NCBI RefSeq assembly: GCF_025933915.1
Contig: NZ_JAICZA010000003.1
Span: 4,504-68,503 of the forward strand
DNA: 64,000 bases
Source of the DNA: Mycobacterium sp.
GTDB lineage: Bacteria; Actinomycetota; Actinomycetes; Mycobacteriales; Mycobacteriaceae
Reading direction: 5' to 3'
Translations under genes and position numbers: made by a program
Part shown: piece after piece, positions 10,488 to 22,675 of the stretch
Position numbering within the stretch: the stretch's first letter is position 1
How the letters are laid out: each line of letters opens with the position of its first letter
Notes under the pieces: generated by a model
The model's database searches: none
What the model was told of the DNA's origin: nothing
Seen by the model: the letters and a program-made list of their open reading frames with translations, nothing else

Positions 10488-10586
10488 GCCAGTCTGGCAC
10501 AGCCGATCGCCTTTTGATAGACGCATGCGAAATTTCTCCGCTGTAGCTGCAGGCGCCGAGCCACCGATCGCTGGCCGGCCGGCCCG

Positions 10587-12632
10587 TTAGCTCAAGAAGG
10601 CGTTGAGCGCCGTCGCGAGATCGGGGGATGCGGACGTCGCAAGGTTCTTATAGCTGCCGCCACTGAGCTGCGCGATCGCTTCCCACGTCGGTCGGTCCGG
10701 ATCGGCACCGAAATTGATGACGTTCACCGCGATCGGCTTGGCCGGGTCGGCGCTCTTGCGGATGAAATCCTGTAGCCCCGGTCCGTCCAAGCTTTGGTCG
10801 GTGTGCGGTCCGGTGGTGATCACCAGGAGCGAATTGGTTTGGCCCGCGCGATAGTTGGCCTGCATGTCTTGGTAGATCATTCGCAGCGTGGTGAACGACA
10901 CGGCACCACCGCCCGACGAGTACTGCTTGTCCAGCGCAGCCGACAGTGCCGCCGAGCGCGGCTGGCCACTGGGGGCGCCGACAGGGTCCGCCAGCGGCCC
11001 GCTTGCCACCTCGGAGCGGCCCTCGTGACCGTCGAAGGTCCACAGGCCCACGACAGCGGTGGGGGGTAGCGCTTTGATCCTGTCCTGAAGCGCACCAATC
11101 ACGTTCGCCAGACGGGACTTCGCGCCTTCCTGGCCGGGCATCGACTGGTCAAGCATGATGGTCGTGGCCTGCCCGCCCGACGGGGCGGCCATGGCCTCGG
11201 CAAGTGTGGCGCGCATCGGGTCGTCGCCCACCGACAGCGTGGACGGGAGCGCCGGGAACGTCGTCACCGGGCTGCTGGGTGTTGTGACCCCGGTGACCCG
11301 GAAGCCCACCTTCGCCAGCTTGGCCAGCTGGTCGGGCTTGCGCATGAAACGGGAGAACTCGCTGGCCGCCGTGGCCTGTTCCCGGGTCAGCCACGACCCG
11401 CTGAGCAGCACGGTGGGGTAGTCGGCCACCGCCGCAGGCCCCGGCGGAAGCCAGGAAGCCAAGGCGCTCTTGGCGTTCGGCAGCGATTGGCCGCGGGCGA
11501 ACAGCTGCTGTTCGGTGGTGATCACCGCGTGTACCGGTGCGGTCGCCGGGTCACCGGGCTTCAGCAGCGTGTTCATCGCCTCGGTCAGCGAGTTGTCGGC
11601 CAGTTTGGGTTGCGCGCTCAACAGGGTGTGCACCGCGCCAGTGCCCTGCGCCACCGGGGCCCCGGGGGGTACCGACGCGGCCGCGACCGCCTCGCCGGCG
11701 AGAAACGATGCGTCCCCGTTGCCATTCATCGGCAGCGCCAAACGCAGCGACCCCCACGCGGGTAAATTTAAGCCGGCCAACGCATTCGGGTTGGTTTGCA
11801 GCCCCGGCAGTGCCGCCCAATTCTGCTTGGAAAGGGCCGGTACCAGTTCGGGGCGCGCACCAAGCACCACCGGTGAGCTGACCAACGAATGACTCTCGCT
11901 GATTGTTTTCTGTGCCGTGGCGCCCGCCAGGCGTGCGGCGGAAATCGAGCTGCCCGGGATCCATAGCGCCGGTTGGCCACCCAGGTCGGCGGGCCACTTG
12001 CCGATGAAACCGTTGAGCACGGCGTCCGAGCCGGCGGGCTTGACGCTGACTACCATGCAGCGATCGCCGATCGGCCCGGCCCTTTTGTTGTAGCTTTCCG
12101 CGAATTCCTGAACGGAATCGGCGATCGACGGGTCGGCGACGACGGCGACGGTCTCTTGGCCGCCCACGCAGCGGCCGGCCGCCTTGTGTGAGCGCTTGGA
12201 CAGCGCGTCGCCGAAGAAGCTCCACAGGATCACCGAACCCACCACGACGACGACGGCGACCAGCGCCACGATCACGCCGATGCTGACACCCCGGCGACCG
12301 CCCTCGCTGCGATGACCGCCGCGCCAATCGGCTAGCCCGCGATGACCACCCCGGAACAGCGACGGCGATGAGGCCGGGGGCTCCGAGCTCGACGGGCCGC
12401 CCTGCCGCGGCGGAAACTCCGGATACTCGTCGGCCGTGCTGTCCGTGAACGCGTCGCCCGCCGCGTAGGGCCCGTCGTCGGCATAGGGCTCGTCATCGGA
12501 ATAGTCACGTTCGTCCGCGTAGTACTCCTGGTCCGCATGGTCATCGTCACCTCGGGACGGCTCGTCGACCACGTCGTCGCGAGGTGGCTCCTCGCGCGAG
12601 TCATCAGGGTCGGGCGCACTGTGCCTACCCAT
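10587..12632 (-). CDS. Membrane-anchored substrate-binding-fold + VWA-domain protein (Rv1836c-like)
   Basis: Acidic N-terminus starting MGRHS, one TM helix (VIVALVAVVVVVGSVILW), SBP-like middle, C-terminal IMLDQS / VGLWTFD / LVITTGPHTD VWA-like region. Confidence 0.88.
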   Translation of the reverse strand: MGRHSAPDPDDSREEPPRDDVVDEPSRGDDDHADQEYYADERDYSDDEPYADDGPYAAGDAFTDSTADEYPEFPPRQGGPSSSEPPASSPSLFRGGHRGLADWRGGHRSEGGRRGVSIGVIVALVAVVVVVGSVILWSFFGDALSKRSHKAAGRCVGGQETVAVVADPSIADSVQEFAESYNKRAGPIGDRCMVVSVKPAGSDAVLNGFIGKWPADLGGQPALWIPGSSISAARLAGATAQKTISESHSLVSSPVVLGARPELVPALSKQNWAALPGLQTNPNALAGLNLPAWGSLRLALPMNGNGDASFLAGEAVAAASVPPGAPVAQGTGAVHTLLSAQPKLADNSLTEAMNTLLKPGDPATAPVHAVITTEQQLFARGQSLPNAKSALASWLPPGPAAVADYPTVLLSGSWLTREQATAASEFSRFMRKPDQLAKLAKVGFRVTGVTTPSSPVTTFPALPSTLSVGDDPMRATLAEAMAAPSGGQATTIMLDQSMPGQEGAKSRLANVIGALQDRIKALPPTAVVGLWTFDGHEGRSEVASGPLADPVGAPSGQPRSAALSAALDKQYSSGGGAVSFTTLRMIYQDMQANYRAGQTNSLLVITTGPHTDQSLDGPGLQDFIRKSADPAKPIAVNVINFGADPDRPTWEAIAQLSGGSYKNLATSASPDLATALNAFLS

Positions 12633-12735
12633 AGCAGTGCCCGCGGCCTTTCCGTCGATCCATCCGAATGAACTCGCCGCCGATCTTAGTCATCCGCGGC
12701 ACTATTACACGTGCGAACCCGATTTGAGCGCAGGC

Positions 12736-14940
12736 TCAATTCGACTGCGCGGCGCGCGCCTTGGCCTCGCGCCGACGGCGATGCAGGATCGGCTCGGTGT
12801 AGCCGTTGGGCTGCTGCGTCCCGGTCAGGATCAGGTCCTGCGCCGCCAGGAAGGCCAGGCTGTCGTCGAAGTTGGGCGCCATCGGCAAATACGCCGCATC
12901 CTTGGCGTTCTGCGCGTCCACCAGCGGCGCCATCCGCTCCAGGCTGGCCCGCACGTCCTCCTCGGTGATCACGCCGTGGCGCAGCCAGTTAGCCAGCAGC
13001 TGGCTCGAGATCCGCAGCGTCGCACGGTCTTCCATGAGCGCCACGTCGTGAATGTCGGGCACCTTCGAGCAGCCGACGCCCTGCGCGACCCAGCGCACCA
13101 CGTAACCGAGGATGGACTGGCAGTTGTTGTCGACCTCCTCGCGGATCTCCTCGGGAGCCCAGGCCAGTTCCTTGGCCAACGGGATGGTCAGCAACTCGTC
13201 GATGTTGGTGCGTTTCTTGCCCGCCAGCTCCTCCTGCACGGCGCCCACGTCGACGTAGTGGTAGTGCATGGCGTGCAGGGTGGCCGCCGTCGGCGACGGC
13301 ACCCACGCGGTCGTCGCGCCGGCCTTCGGCTGTCCGATCTTCTGCTCGACCATGTCGGCCATCAATTCGGTCATCGCCCACATGCCCTTACCGATCTGCG
13401 CCTTGCCCTTGAAGCCGGCGGCCAGGCCGATGTCGACATTGGCGTCCTCGTAGGCCTTAATCCACGTGGTGCCCTTCATCGCACCCTTGCGGATCATCGG
13501 ACCGGCCTCCATCGAGGTGTGGATCTCGTCGCCGGTGCGGTCCAGGAAGCCGGTGTTGATGAACACCACCCGGTCGGCCGCGGCCTTGATGCAGGCCTTG
13601 AGGTTGACGGTGGTGCGCCGTTCCTCGTCCATGATGCCGACCTTGAGGGTGCCCTGCGGCACACCGAGGACGTCTTCGACCCGGCTGAACAGCTCGCAGG
13701 TGAACGCGACCTCGTCGGGCCCGTGCATCTTGGGCTTGACGATGTAGATGGACCCGGTGCGGCTGTTGGCCAGCGGTCCGTTCGCGTCGTTCGTCTTGAG
13801 CCCATGGATCGCGGTCAGGCCGGTGAACAGCGCATCCATGATGCCCTCGAACACCTCTTTTTCTTCGTCGCCGTCGCCCCACACGATGGCGTCGTTGGTC
13901 ATCAGATGTCCGACATTGCGGACGAACAGCAGGCTGCGGCCCGGCAGGGTCAGCTCACCCTCGCCGTCGGGCGTGGAGTAGGTGCGGTCCTGGTTGAGCA
14001 CTCGAGTGAAGGTCTTGCCGCCTTTGTCGACATCTTCGGACAGGTCGCCCTTGTTCAGGCCGAGCCAGTTGCGGTAGCCGAGCACCTTGTCGTCGGCGTC
14101 GACGGCCGCCACCGAGTCCTCGAAGTCCATGATCGTGGTGATCGCCGATTCCAGGATCACGTCCTTGATGCTCGCGGCGTCGGTCTTGCCGATCGGCGAG
14201 TCCGGGTCGATGAGGATCTCGATGTGCAGGCCGTGGTTGACCAGCAACACCGACCAGTTGGGGGAGCCGAGCTCGCCGGTGTAGCCGGCGAACTTCTCCG
14301 GGCCGGCCAGGCCGACGGAGCCGTCGGCGGTCGCGACCTTCAACTGGCCGTCCTCGACGGACAGGCCGGTCGCGTCGGCCCATGACCCGGATTCCAGCGG
14401 CGCCGCCTGGTCCAGGAATTCGCGCGCGTAGGCGATCACCTTGTCGCCACGAACCTTGTTGTAGCTCGACCCCTTTTCGGCGCCATCGCTCTCGGGAATG
14501 ACGTCGGTTCCGTACAGGGCGTCGTAGAGCGAACCCCACCGGGCGTTGGCGGCGTTCAGCGCGAACCGGGCGTTGAGCACCGGCACCACCAGCTGGGGGC
14601 CCGCGGTGGTGGTGATCTCGTCGTCAACACCGGAGGTGGTGATCGTGAAGTCCGCGGGTTCGGGCAGCAGGTAACCGATTTCGGTGAGGAACTCGCGGTA
14701 CGCCTCGATATCGAGCGGCTCGATGACGCGCTGCCGGTGCCACTTGTCGATCTGGGCCTGCAGCTCGTCACGCCGGCGCAGCAGATCCTGGTTCTTGGGG
14801 GTGAGGTCGGTGACGACTTTGTCGACACCCGCCCAGAAGCTGTCCGGGTCGATATCGGTGCCGGGCAAGGCCTCTTCGTTTACGAAGTCGTACAGCACTC
14901 GGGCGACGCGCAAGTTCCCCGCCGACACGCGATCAGTCAT
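12736..14940 (-). CDS. glcB: Malate synthase G
   Basis: [61 protein letters not shown]. Confidence 0.99.
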   Translation of the reverse strand: MTDRVSAGNLRVARVLYDFVNEEALPGTDIDPDSFWAGVDKVVTDLTPKNQDLLRRRDELQAQIDKWHRQRVIEPLDIEAYREFLTEIGYLLPEPADFTITTSGVDDEITTTAGPQLVVPVLNARFALNAANARWGSLYDALYGTDVIPESDGAEKGSSYNKVRGDKVIAYAREFLDQAAPLESGSWADATGLSVEDGQLKVATADGSVGLAGPEKFAGYTGELGSPNWSVLLVNHGLHIEILIDPDSPIGKTDAASIKDVILESAITTIMDFEDSVAAVDADDKVLGYRNWLGLNKGDLSEDVDKGGKTFTRVLNQDRTYSTPDGEGELTLPGRSLLFVRNVGHLMTNDAIVWGDGDEEKEVFEGIMDALFTGLTAIHGLKTNDANGPLANSRTGSIYIVKPKMHGPDEVAFTCELFSRVEDVLGVPQGTLKVGIMDEERRTTVNLKACIKAAADRVVFINTGFLDRTGDEIHTSMEAGPMIRKGAMKGTTWIKAYEDANVDIGLAAGFKGKAQIGKGMWAMTELMADMVEQKIGQPKAGATTAWVPSPTAATLHAMHYHYVDVGAVQEELAGKKRTNIDELLTIPLAKELAWAPEEIREEVDNNCQSILGYVVRWVAQGVGCSKVPDIHDVALMEDRATLRISSQLLANWLRHGVITEEDVRASLERMAPLVDAQNAKDAAYLPMAPNFDDSLAFLAAQDLILTGTQQPNGYTEPILHRRRREAKARAAQSN

Positions 14941-15262
14941 GATTCTCCTCCGTCATGGGCCGCCCTGGACCACCATCGGGCCGTCCATGGGCCGGAAAGG
15001 CCCAGGTTGGCACTGTCATCAGCCTACCGAGCGCAGCCTGGCGAGCATTATCCGCCCGAACCCGCCACAGCAGGTCAGGCCACGCTGACAGGCCCACGAA
15101 CGACGCTGCGGCGAACACCGGGATTGATTTCCAGCAACGCACGTTTCGCGCGCAGGCGGCGCGGTGCCCTCGCGAGCCCCTAGCGCCCTCCAGCACTTTC
15201 TTAACTGGAAGCCGTGAAGGATCATACGGGCTGCGCGCAGCCCTGCCCGCCGCCCAGTATCG

Positions 15263-16303
15263 CTACGCCTCGCGCATCGTCCCGACGAAGTCTTCGACCA
15301 GGTCTTCCATCGCCACCATCGCCACCACGGCGCCGCTTTCGTCGATCACCAATGCCAGATGGCTATTGCTGCGACGCAGCCGCGACAAGGCGTCGGCCAG
15401 CGGTAGCGACCGCGGCAGCCCCGGCAGGGGCCGCACCTTCGCCAGATCGATCACCGTCTGTGGATCACCGCCGAGTGTCAGCACGTCCTTGATGTGCAGA
15501 TAGCCGATGAAACTGCCGTCGACGTTTGCCACGGGGAAGCGGGAGTAACCGCTCTGGGCCAAGGCGTCCTCGACCGCTCCCACCGTCGGGCCCTTGCCCG
15601 CCGCGACCACCGGCACCGCGTGCACCCCGGCGAGAGGCACCGCCACATCGCCGACCACCCGGTGGCGGATTTGCAGCGCCCGAGCCAGCCGGGTGCCTTC
15701 CTCCTGGTCCAGCAACCCTTCCGACGCGGATTCGGCGATCATCTCGCTCAGCTCGACGGGAGAGACGGTCATCTCCAGTTCCTCCTTGCGCTCGACGCCG
15801 AGCGCGCGCACCACCAGGCTGGCGCACTTGTCGTAGAACACGATGAACGGCCGGGCCGCGCGCACGTAGGCCAGATAGGGCGGGACGAGCAGCATCGCCG
15901 TGCGCTCCGGACCGGCCAGCGCGATGTTCTTGGGCACCATCTCGCCCAACAGCACGTGCAGCGTCACCACGATTGCCAGCGCGATCGCGAACGACAACGT
16001 GTGCAGCAGCGCCGGGTGAATCGCGGTCAGCCCGAGCGCCGTTTGCAGCAGGTCGGAGACGGCGGCCTCGCCGATCCGGCCGAGCAGCAGCGAGGCCGCC
16101 GTGACGCCCAACTGCGCGCCGGCCAGCATGGACGGCAGCTGCTCACCGGCGCGGATCACCGTGACGGCGGCCGCTTTGCCCTGTTCGGCCAGCGCTTCGA
16201 GGCGGTCGCGCCGCGCCGAGATGAGCGCAAACTCCGCCCCGACGAAGAACGCGTTCACCACGATCAGCAGGCACGCCAGCAGCAGGCCCATGGTGTCGTT
16301 CAT
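15263..16303 (-). CDS. Hemolysin/CorB-CNNM family protein (DUF21 + CBS pair), Rv1841c-like
   Basis: [47 protein letters not shown]; start overlaps the upstream gene's stop. Confidence 0.92.
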   Translation of the reverse strand: MNDTMGLLLACLLIVVNAFFVGAEFALISARRDRLEALAEQGKAAAVTVIRAGEQLPSMLAGAQLGVTAASLLLGRIGEAAVSDLLQTALGLTAIHPALLHTLSFAIALAIVVTLHVLLGEMVPKNIALAGPERTAMLLVPPYLAYVRAARPFIVFYDKCASLVVRALGVERKEELEMTVSPVELSEMIAESASEGLLDQEEGTRLARALQIRHRVVGDVAVPLAGVHAVPVVAAGKGPTVGAVEDALAQSGYSRFPVANVDGSFIGYLHIKDVLTLGGDPQTVIDLAKVRPLPGLPRSLPLADALSRLRRSNSHLALVIDESGAVVAMVAMEDLVEDFVGTMREA

Positions 16304-17670
16304 CGGTGTCCCCCCGCCGCGGGGATTTCGTCGTGACCACTGAGTTCAGTCAATTCGAGCAGGTCGATCCGGCGGCCGTCCATCCGGATGACCCGCGCCT
16401 GCCAGCGCGTCACCGCGTCCAGCAGCCCATCCGCGTCCAAGCCGGGCAGCGGCACCGTTTCGCCGGCGGCCGGGATGTGACCGATCTCGCGCAGCACCAG
16501 GCCGCCGATCGTCTCGTAGGGACCTTCGGGTGCGCGAAAGCCGGTGGCGGTGGCCACCTCGTCGATGCGTAACAGGCCCGACACCCGCCAGCCGTTGCCG
16601 GCGGGCACCACATCCGGGGTGGCGTCGTCGTGCTCATCGCGGACATCGCCCACGATCTCTTCGATCAAGTCCTCGAGGGTCACCATGCCCGCGGTGCCGC
16701 CGTATTCGTCGACGACCAGTGCGGTTTGCAGGCTGTTGGCCCGGATCTCGGCCATCACCGCATCACCGTCCAGCGTTGACGGCACCACCGCAACGGGTTG
16801 GGCCACCGTGGTCAGCAGCGTGCGCGCGCGGTCGGCCCGCGGGATCGCGAACACCTGCTTGACGTGCACGATGCCGACGGTCTCGTCGAGGTCGCCCTCG
16901 ACGATGGGGAAACGGGAAAACCCGGACTCGGCGGCCGCGGCCACCAGGTCGGCGACCGTGTCGTCGGTCTGCAGCGCCAGGATCTTGGACCGCGGCGTCA
17001 TCAACTCCTCGGCGCTTAGGGTTCCGAACTTCAGCGATCGCCGCACCAGGCCCGCTGTCGCGGCGTCCAGTGCACCGCTGCGCGCGGACGAGCGCACCAG
17101 TGACAACAACTCTTGCGGTGACCGCGCGGACCGCAGCTCCTCGGCCGGCTCGATGCCCAGCCGGCGCACGATCCAGTTCGCCGCGCCGTTGGTCAATCTG
17201 ATCGCCGGGGTCAGCAGCAGCGAGAACAACAGCTGAGCACCCACGACGGCGCGGGCGGTCGAGAGGGGTCGCGCCACCGCCAGGTACTTGGGGACGAGCT
17301 CGCCAAACACCATCGACACCGACGTCACGATCACCAGCACGAGGACGGTCATGATCGCGTCGCCAACCTTGTCGGGGATGTCGATCGTGTCCAGCCACGG
17401 GTGCGGCAAGTCCGCCACCATTGGATCGGTCAGGTAGCCGGCCGCCAGCGTGGTGACGGAGATCCCGAGCTGGGCGCCCGACAATTGAAACGACAGCCGG
17501 TGGTGCGCGCGACGGATCCAGCGGTCGCGGCGGCCACCGCCGCGGGCGTTTGCCTCCACGGCGCTGCGGTCCAGGGTGGTCAGCGAGAATTCGGCGGCGA
17601 CGAACACTGCGTTGCCGAAGATCAGCACCGTGATCGCCACAACGCTGATCACGGCGACGGTGACGTTCAT
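16300..17670 (-). CDS. Hemolysin/CorB-CNNM family protein (DUF21 + CBS + CorC_HlyC), Rv1842c-like
   Basis: [68 protein letters not shown]. Confidence 0.94.
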   Translation of the reverse strand: MNVTVAVISVVAITVLIFGNAVFVAAEFSLTTLDRSAVEANARGGGRRDRWIRRAHHRLSFQLSGAQLGISVTTLAAGYLTDPMVADLPHPWLDTIDIPDKVGDAIMTVLVLVIVTSVSMVFGELVPKYLAVARPLSTARAVVGAQLLFSLLLTPAIRLTNGAANWIVRRLGIEPAEELRSARSPQELLSLVRSSARSGALDAATAGLVRRSLKFGTLSAEELMTPRSKILALQTDDTVADLVAAAAESGFSRFPIVEGDLDETVGIVHVKQVFAIPRADRARTLLTTVAQPVAVVPSTLDGDAVMAEIRANSLQTALVVDEYGGTAGMVTLEDLIEEIVGDVRDEHDDATPDVVPAGNGWRVSGLLRIDEVATATGFRAPEGPYETIGGLVLREIGHIPAAGETVPLPGLDADGLLDAVTRWQARVIRMDGRRIDLLELTELSGHDEIPAAGGHR

Positions 17671-17804
17671 GAACTACGCCGCCCGCTGGTCGAGGGTGGT
17701 GGCCCGGGGACCGAGACAGGCGCCGGAGGAGGCTCCGCATCGGGCGGCTCGTTCGACGGCCCGTGCGCCGGCAAGCCGATGGCCTGCACGGGTGCCTGCG
17801 GCAC
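17667..17804 (-). CDS. Unannotated 45-aa proline-rich leader ORF ([45 protein letters not shown])
   Basis: GAAAGGA SD 5 nt before GTG 17804; its TGA overlaps the ATG of the next gene (ATGA); candidate -10 TAGCAT at 17870-17865; 14 of 45 residues are Pro. Confidence 0.6.
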   Translation of the reverse strand: MPQAPVQAIGLPAHGPSNEPPDAEPPPAPVSVPGPPPSTSGRRSS

Positions 17805-17952
17805 GTCGATCCTTTCGCTGCCTGGTAACCGAGCGGACGCGGTTGCTTCCGTCTTTGCTGCCTTATGCTAGCCCGGGTGAAGGCCGTGCCGCGCCGGTCA
17901 TTCGGGGTCATCCCGGTGCCGCCGCCGGATCACACCGGAGACCCGGGGCAAC

Positions 17953-17971
17953 TTCGGTATGCCTACCCTTA
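17953..17971. promoter_or_regulatory. IdeR box upstream of mbtK
   Basis: TTCGGTATGCCTACCCTTA matches 16/19 positions of TWAGGTWAGSCTWACCTWA; candidate -10 TACGCT at 17978-17983. Confidence 0.75.
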
Positions 17972-17992
17972 CTCAGGTACGCTCTGCGCACT

Positions 17993-18616
17993 ATGCCCGA
18001 CGCCCCAACGGAAACGTCGTCCGTTCAGATCCTGCCGCGCCAACGCTTCGATATCGCCGACGCGGTCGCGCAGATTCCCCGGCCACCCGTGCCCTCCCTG
18101 GATCGGCCCTTCGGGCTGCGCGTCGCGCGGCTCGCCGACGCGGACATGGTGGCCGAGTGGATGAACCGTCCGCATCTGGCCGAGGCGTGGGAGTACGACT
18201 GGCCGACGCCGCGGTGGCGGCAGCACTTGGACGCCCAACTCGAGGGCACCTACTCCCTGCCGTTGATCGGAAGCGTGCGCGGCGAAGATTGTGCTTATCT
18301 CGAACTCTATTGGGGTGCAAAAGACCTGATCTCGCGACATTATGACGCCGAGCCTTACGATCTGGGGCTGCACGCCGCCATCGCCGATCTGAAACTGGTG
18401 AACCGCGGCTTGGGGCCGATGCTGTTGCCCCGCATCGTGGCCAGCGTCTTTTCGTTGGAACCGCGTTGTCGCCGGATCATGTTCGACCCCGATCACCGCA
18501 ACGCCACCGCGCGCAGGGTGTGCGAGTACAGCGGATGCGCGTTCCTCGGCGAGCACGACGCGACGAACCGGCGCATGGCGCTCTACGCGCTAAAAGCCCC
18601 GACCACGGACGCGTAA
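17993..18616 (+). CDS. mbtK: Mycobactin lysine N-acyltransferase (GNAT, Rv1347c-like)
   Basis: [57 protein letters not shown] closely follow MbtK; 207 aa. Confidence 0.9.
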   Translation: MPDAPTETSSVQILPRQRFDIADAVAQIPRPPVPSLDRPFGLRVARLADADMVAEWMNRPHLAEAWEYDWPTPRWRQHLDAQLEGTYSLPLIGSVRGEDCAYLELYWGAKDLISRHYDAEPYDLGLHAAIADLKLVNRGLGPMLLPRIVASVFSLEPRCRRIMFDPDHRNATARRVCEYSGCAFLGEHDATNRRMALYALKAPTTDA

Positions 18617-18664
18617 CCGCTGTCATCGGGCGCCATCCCGGCGGCGACCAGCTCCCTGCGCGTG

Positions 18665-20107
<1,443 letters not shown>

Positions 20108-20140
20108 TCAAGCCCCCTTACGCCCTCCAGTGTGGCCGGG

Positions 20141-21610
20141 CTACGCCGGCACTTCGGTGCGATCGCCGCTCCACAACGTGTGGAAGCGCTTGTCGGGGTC
20201 GTCATCGATGCGGCCGTAGGTGTGCGCGCCGAAGAAGTCCCGCAACCCCTGGGTCAGCGCCGCGGGCAACCGCTCGGTGCGCAGCGCGTCGTAGTAGGAC
20301 AGCGCCGAGGAGAAGCCGGGGATCGGAATGCCCAGCTGGGTGGCGGTCACCACGACACGGCGCCAACCGTCGACGGCGGCCTCGATGGCGCTGCGGAAGT
20401 AGGGCGCGACGATCAGTGTCGGCAGGTCCGGGTCTTCGTCGAAGGCGTCCTTGATCCGGTTGAGGAACTTCGCCCGGATGATGCAGCCGCCACGCCAGAT
20501 GGTGGCCAGGTCGCCGGGGGAGACGCCCCAATCGTATTCGGCGCTGCCGGCCTGAATCTGGTTGAAGCCCTGCGCGTACGCGATGATCTTGGACGCATAG
20601 AGCGCCTGCCGGATGTCCTCGGTGAACTGCCTTGCATCGGTGGCCTTTTCACCCAGCTCACCCGAGGCCAGCCCGGTGGTGGCCCTGCGCTGGGTCACAG
20701 ACCCCGACAATGCGCGCGCGAACACCGCCTCGGCGATGCCGGTGACCGGTACGCCGAGGTCCAGGGCCGACTTGACCGTCCAGCGGCCGGTGCCCTTTTG
20801 TTCGGCTTCGTCGAGGATCAGGTCGACGAGCGGCTTCCCCGTCTTGGCGTCGGTCTGGCGCAAGACCTGCGCGGTGATTTCGACGAGGAAGCTGTCCAGG
20901 TCGCCCGTGTTCCACTCGTCGAACACGTCGGCGATCTCACCGGCGGTCTTGCCGAGCCCGTCGCGCAGCAGTTGATAGGCCTCGCCGATCAGCTGCATGT
21001 CGGAGTATTCGATGCCGTTGTGCACCATCTTGACGAAGTGCCCGGCGCCGTCGGGACCGATGTGGGTGCAGCACGGCACCTCGTCCACGTGCGCGGAGAT
21101 CTCCTCGAGAAGGGGGCCCAGCGACTTGTACGACTCGGCCGGGCCGCCGGGCATGATCGACGGGCCGTTGAGCGCGCCCTCCTCACCGCCGGAGATGCCG
21201 GCGCCGACGAAGTGCAGGCCGCGCTCGCGCATCGCCCTTTCCCGGCGGATGGTGTCGGTGTAGAGGGCGTTGCCGCCGTCGATGATGATGTCGCCTTCCT
21301 CCATGGCGTCGGCGAGTTCGTTGATCACGGCGTCCGTCGGGTCGCCTGCCTTGACCATGATCAGCACCCGGCGCGGCTTTTCCAGCGCGTCGAGGAATTC
21401 CGCGATGGTCTCCGAACGCACGAACTTGCCGTCGTCGCCGTGTTCTTTGAGCAGCGCATCGGTTTTGGCGATCGACCGATTGTGCAGCGCCACGGTGTAA
21501 CCGTGGCGGGCGAAATTGCGGGCGATGTTCGACCCCATCACGGCCAGGCCCGTGACGCCGATCTGCGCGGTGCCGGTTTTGGAACCCGCCTGGGTGTCCG
21601 ACGAACTCAT
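20141..21610 (-). CDS. gnd: NADP-dependent 6-phosphogluconate dehydrogenase
   Basis: IGVTGLAVMG, IDGGN, KMVHNGIEY, WRGGCIIRA, RDFFGAHTY; 489 aa from ATG 21610. Confidence 0.98.
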   Translation of the reverse strand: MSSSDTQAGSKTGTAQIGVTGLAVMGSNIARNFARHGYTVALHNRSIAKTDALLKEHGDDGKFVRSETIAEFLDALEKPRRVLIMVKAGDPTDAVINELADAMEEGDIIIDGGNALYTDTIRRERAMRERGLHFVGAGISGGEEGALNGPSIMPGGPAESYKSLGPLLEEISAHVDEVPCCTHIGPDGAGHFVKMVHNGIEYSDMQLIGEAYQLLRDGLGKTAGEIADVFDEWNTGDLDSFLVEITAQVLRQTDAKTGKPLVDLILDEAEQKGTGRWTVKSALDLGVPVTGIAEAVFARALSGSVTQRRATTGLASGELGEKATDARQFTEDIRQALYASKIIAYAQGFNQIQAGSAEYDWGVSPGDLATIWRGGCIIRAKFLNRIKDAFDEDPDLPTLIVAPYFRSAIEAAVDGWRRVVVTATQLGIPIPGFSSALSYYDALRTERLPAALTQGLRDFFGAHTYGRIDDDPDKRFHTLWSGDRTEVPA

Positions 21611-21710
21611 GTCTTCGCCTCTCAATCGGGAGAACTTCTCGGCAAAAGCTTTCGTGACACTGTGGCACAGCGCATGGACATGTGTCCGGGGTGATCGGCC
21701 GTCGGCGGCC

Positions 21711-22661
21711 TCAGAGGTTGAACAGGCGTTCCAGCTCGGTGAGCCACGGCACGGCGAGCGCGACGGTGGGCACCACGAATACCGCCGCCGCGGCAAGGTA
21801 CGCGGCCGCCGACAACACGGCGCTGTTGCCACGCCCGCCCAGCCGGCGCACACGCAGCACCGTGCTGGGACCGCCCGCCGCGAGCGCGCCGGACGGCGCC
21901 CGCCCCGACGCGCAGGCGACCAGCGCCCGGGCCAGGGGACCGCGGCCGGCGGCGCGCACCGCCGCGTCGTCGGCGAGCAGTTCGACCAGAAGCTGGACGG
22001 CGCCCAGCGCGTTGGCGCTGCGGACCAGCCGCGGGAAGGCCGCGTGCACGGCGGTGAAGGCCTCCAGCACCAGGTCGTGACGGGCCCGGAGGTGAGCCCG
22101 CTCGTGGGTGAGGATGGCCGCGACTTCGGCGTCGGCGAGCGCGCTGAGCGCTCCTTCGCTGACCACCACCCGGCTGCGCACCCCCGGCAGGCAGTAGGCC
22201 AGCGGTTGCGGGACATCCAACACGCGAAGATCGCGCGTTCGGGTGCACGTCTGGGAGAGCGCCGAGTCGTGGCCGACCCCGACCAGGTCGACGACCATGC
22301 GGTGATGGGCACGGCGCCTCCGATTCGCGACCGCGACCTGGGCGATGGCGACCATCAATCGGGCGCCGACGAGCACCGTCAGCGCGAAGACGCCGATGTA
22401 TGCCGTCCATAGCGGCCACCCGAGCCGGCCGGCGGCGCCGACGATGCTGGCCGTGGGCCGTCCGTCGGGACCGGGCATGAGCAGCCGGGTGGCGATCGCG
22501 ATGCCGGCGCTGAATGCCGACAGGACCGCGGCCAGCGCGACGGCTTGCCACAGCACCATCGCGGCGCGGGGGGCGCGCAGCGGCCAGCGCGCGCGTGCCA
22601 ACATGGCCGGCACCGGGCCGGTCAGCAGCACCGCGAGAATGGTGAAAGCCAGCGCGGACAC
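21711..22661 (-). CDS. blaR: BlaR-type M56 zinc metallopeptidase sensor (Rv1845c-like)
   Basis: TM N-terminus, LTHERAH HExxH motif, ELLADD; co-transcribed with blaI. Confidence 0.9.
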   Translation of the reverse strand: MSALAFTILAVLLTGPVPAMLARARWPLRAPRAAMVLWQAVALAAVLSAFSAGIAIATRLLMPGPDGRPTASIVGAAGRLGWPLWTAYIGVFALTVLVGARLMVAIAQVAVANRRRRAHHRMVVDLVGVGHDSALSQTCTRTRDLRVLDVPQPLAYCLPGVRSRVVVSEGALSALADAEVAAILTHERAHLRARHDLVLEAFTAVHAAFPRLVRSANALGAVQLLVELLADDAAVRAAGRGPLARALVACASGRAPSGALAAGGPSTVLRVRRLGGRGNSAVLSAAAYLAAAAVFVVPTVALAVPWLTELERLFNL

Positions 22662-22675
22662 ACCGCTAGTGTCCC

